From assembly GCA_013151465.1 (NCBI GenBank), contig JAADIF010000043.1:1-46684 (forward strand): a DNA stretch of 46,684 nucleotides, in the 5' to 3' direction. Of the stretch, positions 1 through 8,679 are shown in pieces. The first letter of the stretch is position 1, and each line of letters opens with the position of its first letter. The notes beneath the pieces were generated by a model. That model saw only the letters and a program-made list of their open reading frames with translations, had not been told where the DNA came from and made no database searches. A program made the translations under genes and the position numbers. Origin of the DNA: Candidatus Micrarchaeota archaeon. GTDB lineage: Archaea; Aenigmatarchaeota; Aenigmatarchaeia; QMZP01; QMZT01.

Positions 1-6
1 TTTGTC

Positions 7-729
7 GTGTCTTCTAAATCAAACTACGAGCATTTAACAATTGACAAAAAGATAAAACCTTATGTCATTCGAATGGATAGCTTGAACCCAGAAAGCAATA
101 AATTTTTGGAAAAATTGAATCGGTTAAACCAAAAGATTTTTGGTTCCTATTCAATGCCGGCACCTAAATGGGTATTTGCCCATAATATTTGTGTTTCTGG
201 AGTTGCTGTTGGTTTTATGAAAAACGCTGAACCTCTCAGTTTGATAGATTTCATACCAACCTTTGCACAAGATACTGCACATGTATGGACATTCATGCTT
301 TCATTCGATTTACTAAAAGGCATAGGATTCGGAAAAATGAATTTTGCACTTCTTGCATCTCTTAATCAAAATAAAAAATATCTTACCTATATCACGCAGG
401 GAAACAATTCATCTATTCTTACATATTTACATTCACCAAATCCCACCATTTTAAAAGGCATAGGCTTCTTCCATACACATGAAAATAGTATACTGCTGGA
501 GACAAGAACACCGAAAAATCCTTTCATTTCATGCATGAAAAGACTGGAACTCAAAGACCCTATATTATTTCCGTACTATGCCGATTCTGAAAAGGAATTC
601 GTTGTGAGTATTGATGATAGAGTATCATTACAAAAAATCATGAATAATATTCTGAATGGAGGCTTGTACGAAATAATTGGATGGCGAGGAGGGGAAAAAC
701 CACTATACATTATAAGGAACCTGGGGTGA
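7..729 (+). CDS. hypothetical protein, possible GNAT-like acyltransferase fold; ORF is open to the window edge, so the N-terminus may be truncated
   Basis: 240-codon ORF with protein-like composition. LKGIGFGKMNF resembles the GNAT acetyl-CoA motif (Q/R-x-x-G-x-G/A). There is no stop between position 1 and the GTG at 7. Confidence 0.45.
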   Translation: MSSKSNYEHLTIDKKIKPYVIRMDSLNPESNKFLEKLNRLNQKIFGSYSMPAPKWVFAHNICVSGVAVGFMKNAEPLSLIDFIPTFAQDTAHVWTFMLSFDLLKGIGFGKMNFALLASLNQNKKYLTYITQGNNSSILTYLHSPNPTILKGIGFFHTHENSILLETRTPKNPFISCMKRLELKDPILFPYYADSEKEFVVSIDDRVSLQKIMNNILNGGLYEIIGWRGGEKPLYIIRNLG

Positions 730-989
730 TATTATGAGAAAGGCACCTACTCACTCCCCGTAAGCCCTTGATTCACAATCTCTATCCACTACTCGAAGAA
801 ATCAAGTTCTTGTTTCTTCCAGTCTGCAGAGTGCTCATGACAACTGAACAATTTTCTGCCCCGCATATTGACCTATTCCGCCTGTTATCTTCCTCATAAC
901 AAGCTCCGTCGAAGTCCTCTTTCAGTAGCATTATTTGCCAGTTCAATATCTTCTATCATGAACCTGAACAGGCTTTCTTTGTGTTTTGT

Positions 990-1384
990 TCAGCAGAATA
1001 TTAAAACCCAAATAAGAAGCACTATGCTGACGATAAGGAGTAGGAATGCAACGATGTTCCTGAAAAGTTCTTTTCCTACTTTAATGTGTATCTTCATTCC
1101 TACCAGAGAGCCTATCAGGAGTGCCGGAGTAACCATTATACCTGCTGAAGCATATCAAGGTCTATAAGATCTGGAATGCTGTATGTTACAAGGGGCAGGA
1201 AATGAAATACAAAAAACACCGTGACCGCAGTTGCCCGGAATTCGGACTTGCCAAGTTTCAGATGATTAAGATGCATCACAACGGGAGGCCCTTCCGTTTC
1301 CATGAACGCATAAAAATGCCCCTGCAAAACCGTCAAGGCTCCCAAGCATCTCGTTAATCTGACATTTCCCTGATTTTTATACAC
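990..1384 (-). pseudogene. C-terminal remnant of a TauE/SafE-type membrane permease, frameshifted and lacking an N-terminus
   Basis: The minus-strand ORF 1136-1384 (..GPPVVMHLNHLKLGKSEFRATAVTVFFVFHFLPLV..) continues in another frame as YASAGIMVTPALLIGSLVGMKIHIKVGKELFRNIVAFLLLIVSIVLLIWVLIFC, with its stop at 990-992. The pattern is typical of the last two TM helices of TauE/SafE exporters. Only about 130 aa remain. Confidence 0.4.
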
Positions 1385-1413
1385 TAGGATTTTTCTCCAG
1401 ATATGTTCTGCAT

Positions 1414-2065
1414 ATGATTGGTTTCAAGAAGGCCATCGAAAAGCATCCGATGAAGGACTATGTTATCCTGATTGTTCTCAAGGAATTCAAGAAAGCATCA
1501 CTTGGAATGCAGAAACGGACCGGTCTGAATATGTATACGGCGAGAGGATATATCATTCAGTTATCAACTATTGGGAAAGAAATCTTCCTGTAGAAATCAT
1601 CAAAAGGTCTGTAATAACAGTGGAAAAGAAGCTTGAGGAGATTCTTGGTTACGATTTCTCTGTCACGGATGCAACAACATTTGCCAAGTAGTATAATGAG
1701 AGCAGCAGCTTCCATCTGTTCAATCGCGTGTGTGAAGGGACAGTTTATCTGTCAGCATAACAGCTGACACGCTTGACCCGATACCCAATACAAACGATGC
1801 AATTGTTCCCGGAAAGGGCTTCTTTGTGGTTGACAAATGGTGTGATGTTAACGGAATATTCAGGATTGCGTATAAGAACGGATATGAACCGCTGATAAGT
1901 CCTCATAGGACAAAAGGCTCAGGTCATTGGAGGTGCAGTGGAAGGAGAATCTATATGAGGAAGCGGAAAAAATGCAGGCAGAAGGGAAGATATGAGAGCA
2001 TATTCGGTTCATTGACCAACTGGTTAGGTGACAGATTGCATACAAGGGAACGGTTAACAACCTAG
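1414..2065 (+). pseudogene. decayed IS5/IS4-like DDE transposase (multiple stops and frameshifts)
   Basis: A 59-aa ORF at 1414-1593 is followed by fragments VEKKLEEILGYDFSVTDATTFAK (like the D-x-T first DDE region) and ..FFVVDKWCDVNGIFRIAYKNGYEPLISPHRTK..RYESIFGSLTNWLGDRLHTR. These resemble the DKGYD...P.I.P.R and R..vE..F..LK motifs of IS5-family transposases. The fragments lie in three frames separated by stops. Confidence 0.4.
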
Positions 2066-2194
2066 CTGAGGAGCTGCACAAGGGTTCTCTGCTACCGGAT
2101 TAAGATGTTGATAAGAATAGAAAACAATTGTTCAGCGTGTCTTTGTGTCTTTATTGATTATATTGCTGAATAACCAGACACGCTCCCTATCGCT

Positions 2195-2223
2195 GTTAAG
2201 TCAAGTTCCTAACTTGACTTAAC
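2195..2223. repeat. perfect 13-bp stem / 3-nt loop hairpin (GTTAAGTCAAGTT-cct-AACTTGACTTAAC)
   Basis: Read directly from the sequence. It lies between the transposase remnant and argS. A second inverted repeat, AGCGTGTCT (2134-2142) / AGACACGCT (2176-2184), sits just upstream. Confidence 0.8.
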
Positions 2224-2265
2224 ACAAAAGAATAACAAAATCCGCATGATCGTATAAATATCTCT

Positions 2266-4752
2266 ATGATAAAAAGTAATGATATGAAATTCATAATCAC
2301 AAAGAGCATTATCGATAAATATCCCTCGTTGAGGTTAGGGGTGCTGATTGTAACCGGCATTGACAATGCAGACGAAAAACGCGATGCGATCAGTATGCTC
2401 TCAAATATACAGAAAGAGATAAGAGATAAGGGATTTGATATTGAGAAAAATGAGACTATACTTAAATGGAGAGAGATATACAGGTCGTTTGGCGCAAAGC
2501 CAAAAAAACACAAAAGTTCAGTCGAGGCTCTTCTCGCCCGCGTAATATCTGGAGAGAATATAGGACACATCAATAATCTTGTTGATGTATACAATTATAT
2601 ATCACTAAAATATATCCTCCCGGTCGGCGGGGATGATACATCCAAAGTCGACGGTAATATATTGCTTAAATTTGCAGATGGAAGCGAAAAGGCAAGAATA
2701 CTAGGGATTGACGAAACGATAAGTCCGAAGAGGGGTGAGGTCGTCTATGCGGATGATAAAGAGATACTTTGCCGAAGATGGAACTGGAGGGAATCTAAAA
2801 AGTCTATGATGGATGAAAATACAAAGAATGCTATAATTGTAATCGAGTCGTTGTTACCAAAAGAGAAACTAAACGAAGCACTCAATGAGATGTCTGGGCT
2901 TATAGAGAAGATGTTCGGAGCAAGGACTAAAAGATTCATTTTAGATAAGAATTTTCCATCTCTTGATATTGAGAAAGGAGAGGTCTTGAAGGAGATTACA
3001 GAGACCAGAATCTCTGACATCTCACATGAGAAGAACACTGACGAGAAAAATGTTGCAAATAAAACAATATACACCCTACGAAATGAAATTGAAAAAGAAA
3101 TTTTAGGTATCTTGAAAGAGCATCTTGAAACGGATGATATTGTTCTTGAAAAGCCCCCCAGCGAGAAGATGGGGGATGTCGCGTTTCCATGCTTTGCACT
3201 TGCAAAGAAAATGAAAAAATCCCCAGTGGAAATTGCAAGGGATTTGTCTGAAAAGATAAAACCGTCAGGATTTGTTAAGTCCGTAAGCGCGCAGGGGCCG
3301 TACCTGAATTTCTCGGCTGACTGGGGCGCGCTTGGAACGGAGGTTTTGCGCAAAGTATTTGAGCAAAAGGGAGATTTCGGAAAAGGAAAGGGGTCAGAAA
3401 CCGTTCTCATTGAAACATTCCAGGCAAACCCCTTCAAGTCGTTTCACATCGGGCACATAAAAAACGCCGTGTTCGGGGAGGCGATAAGGCGCATAACGAT
3501 GTTCAACGGACATAAGACAATCACCGTCAATTTCAGCGGCGATGTGGGAACGCACGTTGCAAAATGGCTGTGGTATTACACAAAATTCTACAAGGGTGAT
3601 GTGCCCAAAGAAAATTTCAACAAATGGGCAGGAGACATTTATGCGGCCGCCTGCGAGAAGGCTGACGAGGACCCGTCCTACAAAGAGGAGATTGAGGAGA
3701 TGAACCGCCTGATAGACAGGCGCGACGCCTCGATTATGCGGGTCTGGCAAGAAATGAGGGACTTAAGCTATGATGATTACAGGAAGATTGCAAAGGAGCT
3801 TGGGGCAACCGTCGAGAAGTGGTATCCCGAAAGCGTGTGCGAGGAGCCGGGAAAGAAGAAGGCGCTTGAGCTTCTTGAAATGGGGGTTCTCAAGAAAAGC
3901 GACGGCGCCGTGATTGCCGACCTCGAAAATGAGGGCCTTGGAGTGCTGATTTTTCTGAAAAAGGACGGAACCGCCCTTTATGCTGCAAAGGACCTTGGGC
4001 TTCTCACACTTAAAAAGAGGGACTTTGAGGCAGACAGATTTTTCTATATAGTCGGCTCGGAGCAGGAGCTTTATTTCAAGCAACTTTTCAGGGTTTATGA
4101 GTTTGCCGGCCTGTCAAAGCCGGGGGAGAACGTGCATGTCGTTCACGGTCTCGTCACGCTGAAGGAGGGCAAGATGGCATCGCGCCTTGGCAATGTCATC
4201 TCATACGACGAGCTTAAAAGCGAGATGGTGAAGCGGGCAAGAGAGGAGATAGAAAAGCGCAACCCTGCCCTGAAAAACAAGGACGAAGTTTCCAAAATAA
4301 TCGCCTTTGGGGCGATAAAGTTTTCCATGCTCAATATCGATAACGTGAAGCCCATAAAGTTTGATTGGGACGAGGCGCTTGACCTTCAGGGCAAGACAGG
4401 TCCCTATATTCAGTATGTCCATGCGAGGATTTGCTCGATACTGCGAAAGGCAGAAGATGAGCCGCTTGCAGACGCGTCGCTTCTTTCCCACGAGAAGGAA
4501 GTTTCGCTTCTTCGCCACCTTGCCGCGTTCCCGCAGGCCGTGTCAACGGCATACAGAGAGCTGAAGCCGCTGATAATAACAAGCTACGTTTATGACCTTG
4601 CGGCCAAGTTCAACGAATTTTACCAGTTTGTCCCCGTCCTGAAGGCGGACGAAAATGTCAGGAGGGCGCGCCTTGGCCTTGTGAGTGCCGTGAAGCAGGT
4701 GCTTGAAAACGGCATGTGGATTTTGGGAATAGATGCGCCCGAAGAGATGTAA
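2266..4752 (+). CDS. argS: arginine--tRNA ligase with an N-terminal B3/B4 (PheRS-beta editing-domain-like, COG3382-type) domain fusion
   Basis: 828-aa uninterrupted ORF. The N-terminal ~215 aa carry SSVEALLARV, NNLVDVYNYISLKY and LCRRWNWRES, typical of free-standing B3/B4 proteins. The rest is a class I ArgRS: FHIGHIKN (HIGH), GKMASRLGN in the KMSKS position, and a DALR-type anticodon-binding C-terminus. Confidence 0.9.
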   Translation: MIKSNDMKFIITKSIIDKYPSLRLGVLIVTGIDNADEKRDAISMLSNIQKEIRDKGFDIEKNETILKWREIYRSFGAKPKKHKSSVEALLARVISGENIGHINNLVDVYNYISLKYILPVGGDDTSKVDGNILLKFADGSEKARILGIDETISPKRGEVVYADDKEILCRRWNWRESKKSMMDENTKNAIIVIESLLPKEKLNEALNEMSGLIEKMFGARTKRFILDKNFPSLDIEKGEVLKEITETRISDISHEKNTDEKNVANKTIYTLRNEIEKEILGILKEHLETDDIVLEKPPSEKMGDVAFPCFALAKKMKKSPVEIARDLSEKIKPSGFVKSVSAQGPYLNFSADWGALGTEVLRKVFEQKGDFGKGKGSETVLIETFQANPFKSFHIGHIKNAVFGEAIRRITMFNGHKTITVNFSGDVGTHVAKWLWYYTKFYKGDVPKENFNKWAGDIYAAACEKADEDPSYKEEIEEMNRLIDRRDASIMRVWQEMRDLSYDDYRKIAKELGATVEKWYPESVCEEPGKKKALELLEMGVLKKSDGAVIADLENEGLGVLIFLKKDGTALYAAKDLGLLTLKKRDFEADRFFYIVGSEQELYFKQLFRVYEFAGLSKPGENVHVVHGLVTLKEGKMASRLGNVISYDELKSEMVKRAREEIEKRNPALKNKDEVSKIIAFGAIKFSMLNIDNVKPIKFDWDEALDLQGKTGPYIQYVHARICSILRKAEDEPLADASLLSHEKEVSLLRHLAAFPQAVSTAYRELKPLIITSYVYDLAAKFNEFYQFVPVLKADENVRRARLGLVSAVKQVLENGMWILGIDAPEEM

Positions 4753-4765
4753 ACTGTTCTTATTC

Positions 4766-4837
4766 TTAGAACAAATGTTCTAAAAATATGAATATATGTT
4801 CATAATATTAGAACAGAATCTTTTTAACATTAGAACA
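4766..4837. promoter_or_regulatory. array of TTAGAACA boxes (3 direct, 1 inverted) upstream of a small ORF, followed by a TATA-like box
   Basis: TTAGAACA occurs at 4766, 4808 and 4830, with spacings of 42 and 22 bp. The inverted copy TGTTCTAA at 4776 forms TTAGAACA-aa-TGTTCTAA. TATAAAA at 4847-4853 lies 21-27 bp before the ATG at 4874. Confidence 0.55.
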
Positions 4838-4873
4838 ATATCCAGATATAAAACTAAACCACAATTCTATGCA

Positions 4874-5122
4874 ATGGCAGACGCAACAAAACTACTCCAA
4901 TACGCTTCAGAAATTTTCAGAGAGGCATGCAAAAAGGTAGGGTACAACCAGCAAATGGAACAATCCGGTGGAGGAGTTTTTTCCGGATGCAGAGGCAATT
5001 ATTCATTCAAAATAAGAGCAAAACCGAATGGGGATCCAGAAATTTATGAAATAAGAGGTCTCAAAACATGGAAGAACGCTGTTAGGTCTGCAATAAAAGA
5101 ATATGATGCGAATAAAAAATGA
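4874..5122 (+). CDS. hypothetical small protein (83 aa from Met27 of the tracked ORF)
   Basis: The tracked ORF is 4796-5122, but its first 26 codons cover the repeat array and TATA box. The ATG at 4874 (MADATKLLQYASE..) fits a leaderless start. No family was recognised. Confidence 0.45.
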   Translation: MADATKLLQYASEIFREACKKVGYNQQMEQSGGGVFSGCRGNYSFKIRAKPNGDPEIYEIRGLKTWKNAVRSAIKEYDANKK

Positions 5123-5132
5123 ATTCTCATGT

Positions 5133-5858
5133 TTAGACAGAATATACCTCAATTCCTGCCGGTGTTATCTCAAACGGGTGGATGTCTGAGGAATGGTCGG
5201 TCATTCTCATCTTGCGTATGGTAAGAGAGCGCTTGTATTTTGCTATGCCAAGATATTTGAGAAGGATGACAGAATCAACCATGAACTCTATCACACCGAA
5301 CCTTGAAAGGCCCTTGCTCTCCTCTGGTATCTCCGCTGTCACTATGCAGAGCATGTTCATTTCCCTGATTCTCTGGAGCATCTTGAAAAGCGTCTTTCTT
5401 ATCTTGAAAGGATCATGGATGTACATCTCGAACATGCTGACAGAGTCGATGACAATGCGCTTTGCATTCATTGTACCTGCTATCTCCATTATCTTTTCGG
5501 AGAGCGTCTCTATGTCAAACGGCTCAATCTCTATTATCTTCATCGCACCTTCGCTTTCAAGCGTATCGATATCCCATCTGAACTTTGCCGTCTGCTTCTT
5601 GATGTTTTTTGCAGTCTCTTCTGTTGTTATGTAGATTCCGTTCTGGTTGTACTGGACCGCCCCGTTATATATGAACTGTGTAGAAAATATCGACTTTCCG
5701 GTGCCGGTTCCTCCCGTCACGAGGGTTATCGTCCCCTCCTCAAAGCCGCCTTCAATCAACCCATCAAGGCCGGGTATTCCTGTAGGAACTTTCATAAACG
5801 CTAACACCTCTGAAAATAATCGGACTTTGCAGCCATCGTCCAGAACGGCGGCCGACAA
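5133..5858 (-). CDS. single-domain KaiC/RadA-like ATPase
   Basis: Shows IPGLDGLIEGGFEEG and Walker A GGTGTGKS, with a RecA-superfamily layout. The probable true start is Met22 (MKVPTGIPGLD) at 5795. Confidence 0.8.
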   Translation of the reverse strand: MSAAVLDDGCKVRLFSEVLAFMKVPTGIPGLDGLIEGGFEEGTITLVTGGTGTGKSIFSTQFIYNGAVQYNQNGIYITTEETAKNIKKQTAKFRWDIDTLESEGAMKIIEIEPFDIETLSEKIMEIAGTMNAKRIVIDSVSMFEMYIHDPFKIRKTLFKMLQRIREMNMLCIVTAEIPEESKGLSRFGVIEFMVDSVILLKYLGIAKYKRSLTIRKMRMTDHSSDIHPFEITPAGIEVYSV

Positions 5859-5898
5859 TCCAATTATCTATTTTAAATCGACCAAATATAAATAAAAC

Positions 5899-6711
5899 AT
5901 GGCTGAAACAAGATACCCCGCGGTTGCCGGAGCGTTCTATCCAGATGACAAAAAAGAGCTTATGACAAACGTTTCCGACCTTCTTGAGAATGCAGACAGC
6001 GGCAGCAATAAATGCGTAATTTCCCCCCATGCCGGCTATATGTATTCAGGCAGGACCGCCGCTTCTGCCATAAAATCCCTGAAGAATGCGAAAACATTCA
6101 TAATATTGGGGCCAAACCATACGGGGATGGGCGCCCAGTTTGCGGTTATGTGCGAAGGCGTCTGGAAGACGCCTCTTGGCGATGTGAAAATAGACGAAGA
6201 GATTGCCTTGCGCCTTGAGAAAGCCGGGGTTGTTGACGATGATGAGATTGCGCATTTAAACGAGCATTCAGTCGAAGTCCAGCTTCCTTTTCTTCAGAAA
6301 ACGTTTGATGATTTCAGAATAGTTCCGATATCAATACTAAACATTGGATATTCTTCAGACCTGCCCGAAAGGTGCGTGCGCCTTGGAAAGGAGATAGCAG
6401 AAATCGCAAGTCAGCGCGATGTGGGCATCATAGCAAGTTCTGATTTCTCCCATTATATATCGCTCGAGGAGGCGAAGGTAAAAGACGACAAGGCAATTGA
6501 AGCGATAAAAACACTTAATGTGAAAAAGTTTTTTGCCGTTCTCGAAACAATGGATGCGTCTGTCTGCGGCTACGGCCCGATAGCTGCGGTGATGCAGGCT
6601 GCAAAAGAGCTTGGCGCAAAAGACGTCGAGGTCCTGCACGAGTCCTCATCCGGAGACCTTCTCAAGGACTACAAGACCGTTGTCACCTACAAGGCAATAG
6701 GGTTCAGATAA
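5899..6711 (+). CDS. AmmeMemoRadiSam system protein B (MEMO1 family)
   Basis: Motifs AGAFYP, ISPHAGYMYSG, ILGPNH and EHSVEVQLPFLQ match the MEMO/AmmeMemoRadiSam B family. Confidence 0.85.
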   Translation: MAETRYPAVAGAFYPDDKKELMTNVSDLLENADSGSNKCVISPHAGYMYSGRTAASAIKSLKNAKTFIILGPNHTGMGAQFAVMCEGVWKTPLGDVKIDEEIALRLEKAGVVDDDEIAHLNEHSVEVQLPFLQKTFDDFRIVPISILNIGYSSDLPERCVRLGKEIAEIASQRDVGIIASSDFSHYISLEEAKVKDDKAIEAIKTLNVKKFFAVLETMDASVCGYGPIAAVMQAAKELGAKDVEVLHESSSGDLLKDYKTVVTYKAIGFR

Positions 6712-6748
6712 TCTCGCTTTTAAATTTCCTGTTTTCAATCCTTATTTT

Positions 6749-8068
6749 ATGGACAGGACAGCTTATGCTTATTATTCCAGAAAAGACGTTCAGGAGGCGA
6801 TGGTCAGGGCAGCGCGCGGCCGCGAGGTTGCGGGCGTCTTTGCCAGCGGGGGCTATTCGTCGCGCCCGGACATCATAGGAAACCCCCGCGACATAATGGC
6901 AATGGTGAGAAAAGGCGCGATCGAGTTTCACTGCTCAATTGAGAGATGGAAAAACCCCATGTCCATACGCCCCGAAAACTACAATGACCTGCGGGAGGGG
7001 TGGGACATAATACTTGACCTTGACTGCGAGGACACTGAGCACGGCAAGGAAGCCGCAAAAGCGCTTCTTTGGGCGCTTTCTGAGCACGGCATAAAAAACG
7101 TTTCCATAAAATTTACAGGCGGAACGGGCTTTCACATGGGCCTGCCGTGGGAGGCGTTCCCGAAAACAATAAATTTCGAGGAGCTTGCTCCCAGATTCCC
7201 GGAGCTTGCCCGCATTGTTGCAGACTACCTGAGGGAATTTGCGCGGGAGAAGCTTATAAAAAACCTCAGGGAACGTTGGTCGTGGGAGGAAATGGCAGAT
7301 GTTGCTGGCGTGAAGGTTGAGGATGTCATCGGCGGGGATGGCAACATCAACCCGTGGAAAATAGTTGACATAGACCCCATACTCATATCCCCCCGCCATC
7401 TTTTCAGGATGCCATATTCGCTTAACAAGAAGAACATGCTTGTTTCGGTGCCGTTTGACATAAGCGACATTGACCGCTTCGAGAAGTCATGGGCAAAGCC
7501 CGAAAACGTGAAAACTGACATGGGATTTCTTGACAGGTTCGAGGAAAATGAGGCGGAGATGCTTTTTTTCAGGGCACTCGAATGGCACGAGAAAAGCAGG
7601 AAAGACGAGGGGGAAAAGGCGCCAAGAGAGATAACATACGAGCTTTCAAGAGCGGTCCCCGAAAAGCACTTTCCGGCCTGCATAAAAAACATACTGAAAG
7701 GGATGAGCGACGGGCGCAAGCGCTCGATGTTCATACTCACATCGTTTTTGCGCGCTGTGAAATGGGACTGGGAGCGGATTGAGGCGCGCCTTCTTGAGTG
7801 GAACGAAAATAACCAGCCGCCGCTTTCAGGCGCCATAATAAAGTCCCACGTGCGAAACCACATGAGAAAGCCCGACGTCCTGCCGCCAAACTGCGACAAG
7901 GGCGGCTGGTATGCTGATGTGGGCGTCTGCGAGCCGGGCGAGTGCAAGAAATTCAAAAACCCGGCAACATACATCATACGCACATTCTCAAAAAAGAAGA
8001 AAAAACGCAGGAAGAAAAAGATGGAAATAATAGACAACAGCATCCTTCCAAAGGATGCATTTTCGTGA
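6749..8068 (+). CDS. priS: DNA primase, compact PriS catalytic domain fused to a Cys-rich PriL-CTD-like domain
   Basis: ILDLDCED and KFTGGTGFHMGLPWEAF are AEP primase catalytic motifs. The C-terminal domain has four Cys (FPACIKN, PPNCDKGG, VGVCEPGECKKF) compatible with a 4Fe-4S cluster. The protein ends in a polybasic tail, KKKKKRRKKK. Confidence 0.75.
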   Translation: MDRTAYAYYSRKDVQEAMVRAARGREVAGVFASGGYSSRPDIIGNPRDIMAMVRKGAIEFHCSIERWKNPMSIRPENYNDLREGWDIILDLDCEDTEHGKEAAKALLWALSEHGIKNVSIKFTGGTGFHMGLPWEAFPKTINFEELAPRFPELARIVADYLREFAREKLIKNLRERWSWEEMADVAGVKVEDVIGGDGNINPWKIVDIDPILISPRHLFRMPYSLNKKNMLVSVPFDISDIDRFEKSWAKPENVKTDMGFLDRFEENEAEMLFFRALEWHEKSRKDEGEKAPREITYELSRAVPEKHFPACIKNILKGMSDGRKRSMFILTSFLRAVKWDWERIEARLLEWNENNQPPLSGAIIKSHVRNHMRKPDVLPPNCDKGGWYADVGVCEPGECKKFKNPATYIIRTFSKKKKKRRKKKMEIIDNSILPKDAFS

Positions 8069-8103
8069 TAAAATATATATTAACTACTTCATAATAATAA
8101 ACT

Positions 8104-8661
8104 ATGAATATATTGCTTCCCAGGCCGTCATTGTATCTTGTGGTATTCAACGGCCCGCCGTGTTCAGGAAAATCTCCGCTGTCAAAGTACATAGCCGAAG
8201 AGGGCGGATATACCTTAATTCTTGACTTTCCAGGCGAATATATCCAGGCGTGCGGCATGATGAGAAGGGAAAGGGACGCACTTTTGGAAAGGGGGAGAAA
8301 CGTTGTGTTGGATGTGGGGGCGCCTCGCCATTACGACAGAAAAAGATGGCTTTATGTCCCAAAAAGGACGGTTTCCCGGATAAGAAATGCAGGAAAGGAT
8401 TTGAAAAGATGCATTATACGCCTTCACGCCGACAGGGAAGAGTTGCACAGAAGATATTGGGAAAAATACGGAACTGAACCACATTTGCAGGACTACTGGC
8501 TTGACCAGAGATACGAGGATGTGAGGCGCACTCTCGAAGACCCCCTTTTTCATGATGCTCTTCTGCTCGAATACGACACAACGAAATTGGGTGACACAGA
8601 TGAAGGGAGAAATGAATTTGAAAAAATTGCAAGCGATATCAGAAACAATCTTGGCTTCTGA
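8104..8661 (+). CDS. P-loop NTPase / kinase-like protein (AAA_33 or zeta-toxin-like)
   Basis: Walker A FNGPPCSGKSP sits near the N-terminus. At 185 aa the size is typical of small nucleotide or polynucleotide kinases. Confidence 0.55.
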   Translation: MNILLPRPSLYLVVFNGPPCSGKSPLSKYIAEEGGYTLILDFPGEYIQACGMMRRERDALLERGRNVVLDVGAPRHYDRKRWLYVPKRTVSRIRNAGKDLKRCIIRLHADREELHRRYWEKYGTEPHLQDYWLDQRYEDVRRTLEDPLFHDALLLEYDTTKLGDTDEGRNEFEKIASDIRNNLGF

Positions 8662-8679
8662 AAGCCGAAAGTGATTTGA

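Noticed and set aside
868-1167. The plus-strand 99-aa ORF 868-1167 might be a real gene.
   Set aside because: Its composition is not protein-like. The opposite strand carries a much more convincing, though frameshifted, TM-helix remnant of a TauE/SafE-type permease.
7984-8020. The poly-A/G tract encoding KKKKKRRKKK at the primase C-terminus might be a slippery site for programmed frameshifting.
   Set aside because: The ORF continues only 16 more codons to its stop, and no extended alternative frame follows. It is more simply a basic tail.
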